A stretch of 64,000 bases of DNA from Eledone cirrhosa (Eukaryota), in NCBI GenBank assembly GCA_964016885.1, contig OZ024743.1:84258001-84322000 (forward strand), given 5' to 3'. Positions 51,372 to 61,831 of the stretch are shown here, in pieces (position 1 is the first letter of the stretch; each line of letters begins with the position of its first letter). A program made the position numbers and the translations under genes. A model generated the notes under the pieces. It ran no database searches and was not told the DNA's origin. It was given only the letters and a program-made list of their open reading frames with translations.

Positions 51372-54300
51372 ACAGACCAGAGGCAACTGCACTACTGCAA
51401 CAATAGCTGCAATAGACCAGGCACTACTGCAACAGTAGCTGCAATAGACCAGGTACCACTGCAACAGTAGCTGCAATAGACCAGGTACCACTGCAACAGT
51501 AGCTGCAATAGACCAGGTACCACTGCAAGAGTAGCTGCAATAGACCAGGTACTACTGCAACAGTAGCTGCAATAGACCAGGTACCACTGCAACAGTAGCT
51601 GCAATAGACCAGGTACCACTGCAACAGTAGCTGCAATAGACCAGGCACCACTGCAACAGTAGCTGCAATAGACCAGGCACCACTGCAACAGTAGCTGCAA
51701 TAGACCAGGTACCACTGCAACAGTAGCTGCAATAGACCAGGTACCACTGCAACAGTAGCTGCAATAGACCAGGTACCACTGCAACAGTAGCTGCAATAGA
51801 CCAGGTACTACTACAACAGTAGCTGCAATAGACCAGGTACTACTGCAACAGTAGCTGCAATAGACCAGGTACCACTGCAACAGTAGCTGCTATAGACCAG
51901 GTACCACTGCAACAGTAGCTGCAATAGACCAGGTACTACTGCAACAGTAACTGCAATAGACCAGGTACTACTGCAACAGTAGCTGCAATAGACCAGGTAC
52001 CACTGCAATAGACCAGGTACCACTGCAACAGTAGCTGCAATAGACCAGGTACCACTGCAACAGTAGCTGCAATAGACCAGGTACTACTGCAATAGACCAG
52101 GTACTACTGCAACAGTAGCTGCAATAGACCAGGTACCACTGCAACAGTAGCTGCAATAGACCAGGTACCACTGCAACAGTAGCTGCAATAGACCAGGTAC
52201 CACTGCAACAGTAGCTGCAATAGACCAGGTACTACTGCAATAGACCAGGTACTACTGCAACAGTAGCTGCAATAGACCAGGTACTACTGCAACAGTAGCT
52301 GCAATAGACCAGGTACTACTGCAACTGTAGCTGCAATAGACCAGGCACTACTGCAAGAGTAGCTACAATAGACCAGGTACTACTGCAACTGTAGCTGCAA
52401 TAGACCAGGCACTACTGCAACAGTAGCTGCAATAGACCAGGTACTACTGCAACTGTAGCTGCAATAGACCAGGCACTACTGCAAGAGTAGCTGCAATAGA
52501 CCAGGCACTACTGCAACAGTAGCTGCAATAGACCAGGTACTACTGCAACTGTAGCTGCAATAGACCAGGTACTACTGCAACAGTAGCTGCAATAGACCAG
52601 GCACTACTGCAACAGTAGCTGCAATAGACCAGGTACTACTGCAACAGTAGCTGCAATAGACCAGGCACTACTGCAACAGTAGCTACAATAGACCAGGTAC
52701 TACTACAACAGTAGCTGCAATAGACCAGGTACTACTGCAACAGTAGCTGCAATAGACCAGGTACCACTGCAACAGTAGCTGCAATAGACCAGGTACTACT
52801 GCAACAGTAGCTGCAATAGACCAGGTACTACTGCAATAGACCAGGTACTACTGCAACAGTAGCTGCAATAGACCAGGCACTACTGCAACAGTAGCTGCAA
52901 TAGACCAGGTACAACTGCCACAGTAGCTGCAATAGACCAGGCACTACTGCAACAGTAGCTGCAATAGACCAGGTACAACTGCCACAGTAGCTGCAATAGA
53001 CCAGCCACTACTGCAACAGTAGCTGCAATAGACCAGGTACTACTGCAATAGACCAGGTACCACTGCAACAGTAGCTGCAATAGACCAGGCACTACTGCAA
53101 CAGTAGCTGCAATAGACCAGGCACTACTGCAACAGTAGCTGCAATAGACCAGGTACAACTGCCACAGTAGCTGCAATAGACCAGCCACTACTGCAACAGT
53201 AGCTGCAATAGACCAGGTACAACTGCCACAGTAGCTGCAATAGACCAGGCACTACTGCAACAGTAGCTGCAATAGACCAGGTACAACTGCCACAGTAGCT
53301 GCAATAGACCAGCCACTACTGCAACAGTAGCTGCAATAGACCAGGTACTACTGCAATAGACCAGGTACCACTGCAACAGTAGCTGCAATAGACCAGGTAC
53401 AACTGCCACAGTAGCTGCAATAGACCAGCCACTACTGCAACAGTAGCTGCAATAGACCAGGTACAACTGCCACAGTAGCTGCAATAGACCAGGCACTACT
53501 GCAACAGTAGCTGCAATAGACCAGGTACAACTGCCACAGTAGCTGCAATAGACCAGGTACTACTGCAACAGTAGCTGCAATAGACCAGGCACTACTGCAA
53601 CAGTAGCTGCAATAGACCAGGCACTACTGCAACAGTAGCTGCAATAGACCAGGTACTACTGCAACAGTAGCTGCAATAGACCAGGTACTACTGCAACAGT
53701 AGCTGCAATATACCAGGCACTACTGCAACAGTAGCTGTAATAGACCAGGCACTACTGCAACAGTAGCTGCAATAGACCAGGTACTACTGCAACAGTAGCT
53801 GCAATAGACCAGGTACTACTGCAACAGTAGCTGCAATAGACCAGGTACTACTACAACAGTAGCTGCAATAGACCAGGTACTACTGCAACAGTAGCTGCAA
53901 TAGACCAGGTACTACTGCAACAGTAGCTGCAATAGACCAGGTACTACTGCAACAGTAGCTGCAATAGACCAGGTACTACTGCAACAGTAGCTGCAATAGA
54001 CCAGGCACCACTGCAACAGTAGCTGCAATAGACCAGGTACTACTGCAACAGAGCAGGTCCCACTGCAACAGTAACTGCAATAGACCAGATACCACTGCAA
54101 CAGTAGCTGCAATAGACCAGGTACTACTGCAACTGCAATAGCAACAACAAACCAAGTGCAACTATTACAATAGCTGCAATAGACCACTGCAACAATAGCA
54201 ACAAACCAAATGCAGCTACTACAGTAGCTGCAATTGCAACCATAACAACAAAGTGCAACTATTACAGTAGCTGCAATAGAGCAGGTACTACTGCAACACT

Positions 54301-54480
54301 ACTGCAACTGCAATAGCAACAACAAACCACGTACAACTACTACAGTAGCTGCAACAGACCACTGCAACTGCAACAATAGCAACAAACCAAGTGCAACTAC
54401 TACAGTAGCTGCAACATACCACTGCAACTACTACAGTAGCTACAATACAGCATGTGCAACTGCAACAACAACAATAACAA
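51372..54480. repeat. 32-bp satellite, about 95 copies, degenerating toward 54480
   Basis: Unit gcaatagaccagg(t/c)ac(t/c)actgcaacagtagct, with occasional 21-bp deletion units. Confidence 0.98.
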
Positions 54481-54724
54481 ACCAAGTGCAACTGCAAAGA
54501 CAAAGTGCCAGTGCAGTTAGTAAGACAATAGCTGAAGGGTAACAACAGCCCATTGGTAAAAGATGAGAGAAAGAGGTTGTATGGTAGAGCACAGAAGGAA
54601 GTGGGTTGGGGTGAGGTGGGGAGGGAGGGGAGAGAGACAAATACAAAGAAAGCGGGGAAGAAAGCAAAGAAGACAGCAGCAACAGCAGCTGGTAGTGACT
54701 GTGGTGCAGAAAATAAACCCTTAC

Positions 54725-54817
54725 AGTAGTGCTTTTCCAAACTGCATTTTGCTGGGAGTTGGCATCTGTCTCAGGGTTGTTGCCAATGGAAGTCATCCCC
54801 CCAAATGGTTCCACAGC
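54725..54817 (-). CDS. MIB1: Candidate MIB1 93-nt cassette exon (AVEPFGGMTSIGNNPETDANSQQNAVWKSTT)
   Basis: tttcttgtattatag|...ACT|gtaagg. Open in phase 0/0, matching the phase-0 acceptor at 37144. Unique, protein-like sequence. Confidence 0.6.
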
Positions 54818-55025
54818 CTATAATACAAGAAATTTTGCTCATTCTTTCTTTTGGCTCACAAATATCTTGGATAACAAAAATCTTCAAGACATTTTTACTT
54901 GAGTTTTCTATCAGGTTCTTTGCATTGAGGTCGTAATCCCACAACAAAGGTTGTGGTGATTTAAAGCCCAATATAAACTACAGTGAATATAGCTATTCTT
55001 CAGACCAACATAACACATTATTTAT

Positions 55026-55244
55026 CCCTTTAGCATTTACATTACTCTATATATACTTTTGTATTCTTGTGGTAAAGGCTTTATCTTACATAATTATCTC
55101 ATAATATCGAATCTACAAGATTTTGATATTATTTATGTTGAGAACAATACCTTAACATCAGTATGAGTGGCTGGTTATGGCCGGTTTAAACAGAAAGATG
55201 TGGGAGAATTCTGGTCAGATACAGCCAGTTTAAATGCTAAAGGG
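55026..55244 (-). mobile_element. Non-autonomous piggyBac MITE (family A), 219 bp
   Basis: TTAT|CCCTTTAGCATTTA...TAAATGCTAAAGGG|TTAA. Reverse orientation relative to the + copies. Confidence 0.85.
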
Positions 55245-55932
55245 TTAACAAAGATTTCATTTTAAAGAATCTTATTAGAGATGTACTTAATTCAACATTT
55301 CTGATTGTCATGAAATACAGAGCTAGTTTCTTTAGTTTCACATTTAATGATCAGAAGAGAACAGCCATGTAGTGTTTTAAAGTGTATTTATGACATATTA
55401 ATGGTCAATTGGCAGAGTCATTAGCACATAGGATAACATGCCTTGTGGTAGTTCTATCTCTCTGGGCTCAGAGTTCAAATCACACTGAAGTCAATTTTGC
55501 CTTTCATCTTTTCATGGGGCCAATAAAATAAAGTATTAATCCCAGTGGAATTGGTAGCATTGTGAGAGTGTCAGACCAGATACTTTATGGTGTTTGTTTT
55601 GGCTCTTTACATTCTGATTTCAAAATAACTCCAAGGCCTATTTTGGGTGGTAGACTTAATTCACTGTCCAATTTAAAACCACCAGCTGGCTCTTGGAGGG
55701 CTTTTAGTAGAGTCCCCTCTGTTGCAAACCTTCATTTGGGTCAGATCCCCAGTTTGAGGATACTTTCCTCCATCTCACCAACCAAACTATGAGGCCCTAT
55801 AAAGGATCATGGGCACTGTCCTTCCAACCATGACTAAACAATAAAAACAAAAAAAACATTGTTTTATATGAAATTCCAGTTAAGAATAATTAATATTGAT
55901 AATAGAATATGGAATATTGAAATTCCAGTTAA

Positions 55933-56164
55933 CCCTTTCTTGACTGTATTTTTAATGGAATACACTCTGTTTCAATTAATTAATGAAGAATTTTGAAGGA
56001 TTTACTAAAATTACTAATTATTTCATTACCAAGATACTAACTTAATGTAAGGTTCATATATAAAATTATGTTGGAAGATTTTAATTTAAATTGTAAACCT
56101 TTAAAATGGGTGACTTTATTTTATAGAACCAGAGGCAGTTTTGGCCGAGTTGGTAACAAAAGGA
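55933..56164. mobile_element. Second, older TTAA-type MITE family (B); related pieces near 10273-10430, 12330-12560, 29102-29410, 58960-59006 and 62025-62264
   Basis: TTAACCCTTT... and ...GGTA(T/A)CAAAAGG(G/A)TTAA ends. Shared internal aaaattatgttggaagattttaattta. Confidence 0.6.
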
Positions 56165-56319
56165 TTAAGTTATAAGCAAAAATAAAATTTACATCTCACA
56201 CCAATACAGGTATCTCATAAGTTTCTGAGGTGTTTTAATGATTGAGAGCCCTAGTCATATCACAAAAAGTAATGTAAAATGAAACATCTTGCTCAAGAAT
56301 ACAAATGCATTGCCTGTAA

Positions 56320-57010
56320 ATAAGTAATATTTAGTGTAGTATAGTTGTAGTTTTATATGGAATTTTAGTAAAGTAATATTTAATAGCTGTGCAAGAATAT
56401 ATTCCCAGTATAATAGATGTAGTTTCAAGTGGAAACTAGTTAAGTATTATTTAATATTAACCCTTTAGTATTTAAACCGGCCATAACCAGCCAGAACTCT
56501 TTCATCTCTTTCTGTTCAAACTGGCCATAACTGGCCACTCATACTGACATTAAGGTATTGTTCTCAAAATAAATAATCTCAAAATCTCATAGATTTGATA
56601 TTATGTGAGATAATTGGGTAAGGTAAAGTGTTTACCATGAAAACACAATAGTAAATATAGAGTAATGTAAATGCTAAAGGGTTAATACTAGAATATATTT
56701 TTAGTGTAGTATAAATGTAGTTTATATGGAATTTTAGTAAAGCAATATTTAATAGTTGTGTCAGAATATATTCCCAGTATAGTTTATCTAGAAATTTTGA
56801 TTAAGTAATAGTTAATATTGGTATTAGAATATACACCCAGTGTAGTATAGAAGTAGTTTTGTATAAAATTCCTGTTAAGTAATAGTTAATATTAGTACAA
56901 GAATATACACCCAGTGTAGTATAGAAGTAGTTTTGTATAAAATTCCTGTTAAGTAATAGTTAATATTAGTACAAGAATATACACCCAGTGTAGTATATAT
57001 GTAGTTTTTG
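56320..57010. repeat. ~74-bp AT-rich tandem repeat interrupted by a MITE
   Basis: Unit aagtaatagttaatattagtacaagaatatacacccagtgtagtatagaagtagttttgtataaaattcctgtt (period 74 at 56877/56951). Confidence 0.85.
56461..56681 (+). mobile_element. Non-autonomous piggyBac MITE (family A), 221 bp, inserted in a 74-bp tandem repeat
   Basis: TTAA|CCCTTTAGTATTTAAACCGG...TAAATGCTAAAGGG|TTAA. Confidence 0.88.
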
Positions 57011-57278
57011 GTCAAATTGAACCTAGAACTTTTGTTTTGTGATTGCATCCAAGACAAGATGTTTTCTTAACTATTTTTTTCTTTTTATTTGATAAAATTC
57101 CAAGAACAATAAAATATATTTCAAAATATGTAAGAAAATATGATAATATTGTGAAGCAAATAAAACAAAAGATGTGCCAAGTTGCAAAGAAACACACAAT
57201 GTCTGCAACATTGTCATGTTTGGTAGAAATACTAAACATTTTAGTAGTTTGGTTACTGAATTCTGAGACGAAACTAAC

Positions 57279-57293
57279 CAAAGTCACAGCAGC
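57279..57293 (-). CDS. MIB1: Candidate MIB1 15-nt microexon (AAVTL)
   Basis: catcatttgcttcaatgcag|GCTGCTGTGACTTTG|gttagt. Phase 0/0 with no stop. Confidence 0.4.
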
Positions 57294-58468
57294 CTGCATT
57301 GAAGCAAATGATGTCTTTATTAACCATCTTTATGTAAACCATTGTAGTTAATAAAGAAATCATTATTATTATTATTGTTATCATTATTATCCACCATAAT
57401 GAGGATGATGATGATGATGGTGATGACAAAGACAGCACAATAAATAAAATCATGGTTTCAAATACAGGCACAAGGAGGGGGTAGTTAATTACACAAAAAT
57501 CAGTATATTACTGGTACTTTATTTTACCGAACCCCCAAAAGCATGACGGACAAAGTTGACCTCAGCAGGATTTGAACAGAAAATGATAAGAGCTGAAACA
57601 AATATTGTATAGCATCTTGTCTGACACTAATGATTCTGCCAATCTACCGCCCAATAAATATAATTGTTTTTAAGGCCAACAATTTGGGGGAGGGAGAGGG
57701 GAAGTTGAATAAATCAACCACAGTACTTTACTGGTACTTTATTTCATCACACCCCCAGCAAGGAGAGGGGAAGTTGAATAAATCAACCCCAGTACTTTAC
57801 TGGTACTTTATTTTATCCAACCAAGAAGGATGAAAGGCAAAGTTGACCTCAGTAGGAATTGAACTAAGAATGTTAAGAGCTGGAACAAATACTGCTAAAC
57901 ATTTTGCCCGATGCTCTACTAATTCTACCAATCCAACACCCTATGGTTTCTAATTTAAGCACAAGGCAAATAATTTTGGAGGAAAAGAGTGAGTTGATTA
58001 TAACGACCCCAGTACTTTACTGGTACTTTATTTTATTGGCTCTGGAAGGATTTGAACTCAGAATGTTTATTGTGTCCCTGTGTATATCTAGTTTAGAATA
58101 AGTAAGCCATATCTCCCTGTGTATCTGGTTTAGAATAGGTACAGCATAAATATAATGATATAATTCATTTGTCTATCCTGATGTGGGTTGGCTGGATCTG
58201 TAGTATATTATATTTGCTGCTCTTCACAATCCTAACTTATCTGTTAGGTTTAATACATATTTATTAGATGAATCATACCTCAGCTCTGCCATAGTTAATT
58301 CTTCCATCATTGATTCACAGAATTATCTCATCACATGTCTTCCACACACACTCCCTGATAACTTTAACCCTTTCATTAAGCTGGTGTTTGGAACAACAAA
58401 GTTTCTTTCATAATTCCAAATGGAGTCATAGGGGCACTGTAATAACATACATGCCTTATGCAGTTTAA

Positions 58469-58667
58469 CCCTTTAGCATTTACATTACTCTATATATACT
58501 GTTGTATTCTCACGGTAAAGGCTTTATCTCACACAATTATCTCACATAGTATTGATCTATGAGATTTTGATGTTATTTATTTTGAGAACAATACCTTAAC
58601 ATCAGTGTGAGTGACCAGTTACGGCTAGTTTGAACAGAAAGAAACGGCTGGTTTAAATACCATAGGG
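58469..58667 (-). mobile_element. Non-autonomous piggyBac MITE (family A), 199 bp
   Basis: TTAA|CCCTTTAGCATTTAC...AATACCATAGGG|TTAA. Reverse orientation. Confidence 0.82.
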
Positions 58668-59147
58668 TTAAACCTGGTAGAGCCCATCCTTCTCTAGGAC
58701 TGAACACAGTTGATTTCTTCCAAAGAAGAAGAGACAGTGATAGAGAGGCAGTGAGAAAGGCATATATAGGAAGAATCAACCCCAGTATTGAACTGGTATA
58801 ATTTTTATTGACCTTGAAAAGATGACAGGCAAAGTTGATCTCAGCAGGATTTGAACTCAGAAGACAAGAGTCAGAACGAATACAAAAACATTCTATACAA
58901 TGTTCTAATGATTCTGCTAGTTCGCCATCTTTAGATAAATATAAACAGTTTTACATATCATACAACCAGGGGTCAGTTATAGTTAGTTTAGTATCAAAAG
59001 GGTTAATATCATCTGCTCATTTTCTGGTGATCAACCTTCTATAGCAGTGAATGATACTCTTGTTGGTTTCAATCACTGGGTTGTGGCCATACAGGACTAC
59101 CACCGCCAACAATATTGATAATTATATTGATTCTAATAATTGTTGGG

Positions 59148-59732
59148 TATATCTAGTTTAGAATAGGTACACTGTATCCCTGTGTGTACCTAGTTTAGAA
59201 TAGGTACACTGTATCCCTGTGTGTACCTAATTTAGAATAGGTACACTGTATCCCTGTGTGTACCTAGTTTAGAATAGGTACACTGTATTCCTGTGTGTAC
59301 CTAGTTTAGAATAGCTACACTGTATTCCTGTGTGTACCTAGTTTAGAATAGGTACACTGTATTCCTGTGTGTACCTAGTTTAGAATAGGTACACTGTATC
59401 CCTGTGTGTACCTAGTTTAGAATAGGTACACTGTATTCCTGTGTGTACCTAGTTTAGAATAAGTACACTGTATCCCTGTGTGTACCTAGTTTAGAATAAG
59501 TACACTGTATCCCCGTGTGTACCTAGTTTAGAATAGGTACACTGTATCCCTGTGTATATCTAGTTTAAAATAGGTACACTGTGTCTCTGTGTATATCTAG
59601 TTTAGAATAGGTACACTGTGTCCCTTTGTATATCTAGTTTAGAATAGGTACAACATAGTCATGTGTGTATACAGTTTAAGACAGGTACACTGTATCCCTG
59701 TGTGTATCTGGTTTAAGATAGGTAAACTGTAT
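59148..59732. repeat. 37-bp minisatellite, about 15 copies
   Basis: Unit ctagtttagaataggtacactgtatccctgtgtgtac. Confidence 0.96.
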
Positions 59733-60269
59733 CCAGATCCCATGATGAGTATGTCATGGAAAATGCATGGCCTAGTTGTAAGGGTGTTGGACTTACGATC
59801 ATAATGTTGTGGGTTTGATTTCTGGACAGGGTTGTGTGTTGTGTTCTTGAGCAAAACACTTCATTTCGCATTGCTCCAGTATACTCAGCTGAAAATGAGT
59901 ACCAGCAATAATTGGGGGTTTAACCCTGCGATGGACTGGCGTCCTGTCCAGAGCAAGTCTTGTACTCTCAGTTGTTTCATGCCATGGAAACTGGTATAAG
60001 CACCAACCTGATGAGCCTCCAGGGTCAAGACAGACTTTAGATATAGGAGCCCACATGGCTAAACCCTGCTTTATCAGTGAAAAATTATCTTCAAATACTT
60101 ACTACATTAACTCTACTACTTGTTGACTGCTACTTATGTTATCAACGACCAGCCTGGGAGAAATTTTAACTCAGAATATAAAGGGATGTAACAAAATCAA
60201 GCACCTTATGTAATGCTCTACTGATTCTGCCAATGACTAATTACTTATACAAAATACACTCAATATATG

Positions 60270-60958
60270 TGAATATAACCTTTGTAGATTTACAGTCAAC
60301 ACCCATGTCTACATAACATATGCACCATACATGTATATATAACATATTCACAACATGTATATATAACATCACTTGATCTACTTTCAACACCCATGCCTCT
60401 ATAACATATACACATCACTTGTATATATAACATATACACAACATATGTATATATAACCTTTGTAGATCTACATTCAACACCCACATCTATATAACATATA
60501 CACAACATATGTATGTACATACCACATGTATATATAACATCTACAGATTTAAATTCAACACTCATGTGTATATAACATACACTCAACACATGTATATATA
60601 ACATCTACATTCAACACTCATGTCTATATAACATATATACTACACATGTATATATAACCTTTATAGATCTACATTCAACACCCATGTATACAACATATGT
60701 ATATATAATATCTATAGATCTAATTTCAACATCCATGTGTATATAACATATACACAACATTTTTATATATATATCACATCTACATTCAACACTCATGTCT
60801 ATATAACATATATACAACACATGTATATATAGATCTATAGATCTAAATTCAACATTCATGTCTATATAACATCTATAGATCTAATTTCAACACTCGTGTA
60901 TATATAACATATACATACCACATGTATATAAAATATCTATAGATCTACATTCAACACC
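60270..60958. repeat. Degenerate ~60-bp tandem repeat
   Basis: Recurrent agatctacattcaacac(c/t)catgtctatataacatatacacaacatgtatatataac. Confidence 0.85.
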
Positions 60959-61420
60959 AAGAAAAAATACTGCCGCATTTAATGAGACACACTAACGACT
61001 GTCAATTAACAGATTGACAGCCAATAAAACTCAAAGGTTTTTAAAAAGACAACAACAAATGCAAAGAAATATTTGTTTTTAGTTAAAAGAGAAAGTTCTG
61101 CAGTTGTTTCACTATAAATACAGCACCATTGCATTATATCAAATAAACGAGCCTACTAGTTACTTTGCCATGATTCTCTCTCTCTCTCTGTCTGACTATC
61201 TGTCTCTCTTCCTCTCTCTCATTCTGTCTGTCTCTCCCTCTCGCGCTCCAACACAGCATAGTCCAATAGCTTTAGGAATCAGTTATCTCCCCTCTCCAGT
61301 GTATCAGTTAACAAACCTATTGTCATGTGAAGTAACACACTGCTGCATTAACACTATCACATGAATTAACTATCACACACACACACACACTTATATTGCT
61401 CTCCCTGCAGACAGACCCAC

Positions 61421-61438
61421 AGCTATTGCAGGTTCAAT
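61421..61438 (-). CDS. MIB1: Candidate MIB1 18-nt microexon (IEPAIA)
   Basis: catcatttgtcatgtctcatctcaatgtag|ATTGAACCTGCAATAGCT|gtgggt. Phase 0/0. Upstream CTAAT and GACTAAC branch-like motifs. Confidence 0.35.
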
Positions 61439-61544
61439 CTACATTGAGATGAGACATGACAAATGATGATTGATAAGGCAAGACAGACCATTAGAGCACA
61501 GTTCACTTTACAGACCACCCAAGCGATCATGTTAGTCATGTGTA

Positions 61545-61831
61545 CAGGGTTGGATTTAAACCTTGGGGGCCCGGGGCACTTCAGATTGGGGGGGGGGGGG
61601 GGGGTCCTCATACACAAAAAATTAGAATACACAGCAAACCCCCCAATTTTACATATCAAAGTTAGCTTGGCGCAAGTAATTGGAATTACAAAATTCTACC
61701 CATCCTAAAATTAAAAAGCCCAGCTGAGGGCACAAATATATTGCTACGGCTGTCACTGGTGGGGTCCCCCACTGCATGGGGCTGGGGCAATTGCCCTCCC
61801 ACCCCACCGCACTCCATTAAATCAGGCCCTG
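61545..61831. mobile_element. hAT-like MITE, 287 bp
   Basis: 8-bp TSD CATGTGTA (61537-61544 and 61832-61839). Imperfect TIR CAGGGTTGGATTTAA / TTAAATCAGGCCCTG. GC-rich GGGGCCC subterminal motifs. Confidence 0.85.

Noticed and set aside
60005-60040. Hammerhead core CTGATGAG at a SINE 3' end
   Set aside because: No downstream GAAA and no supporting stems.
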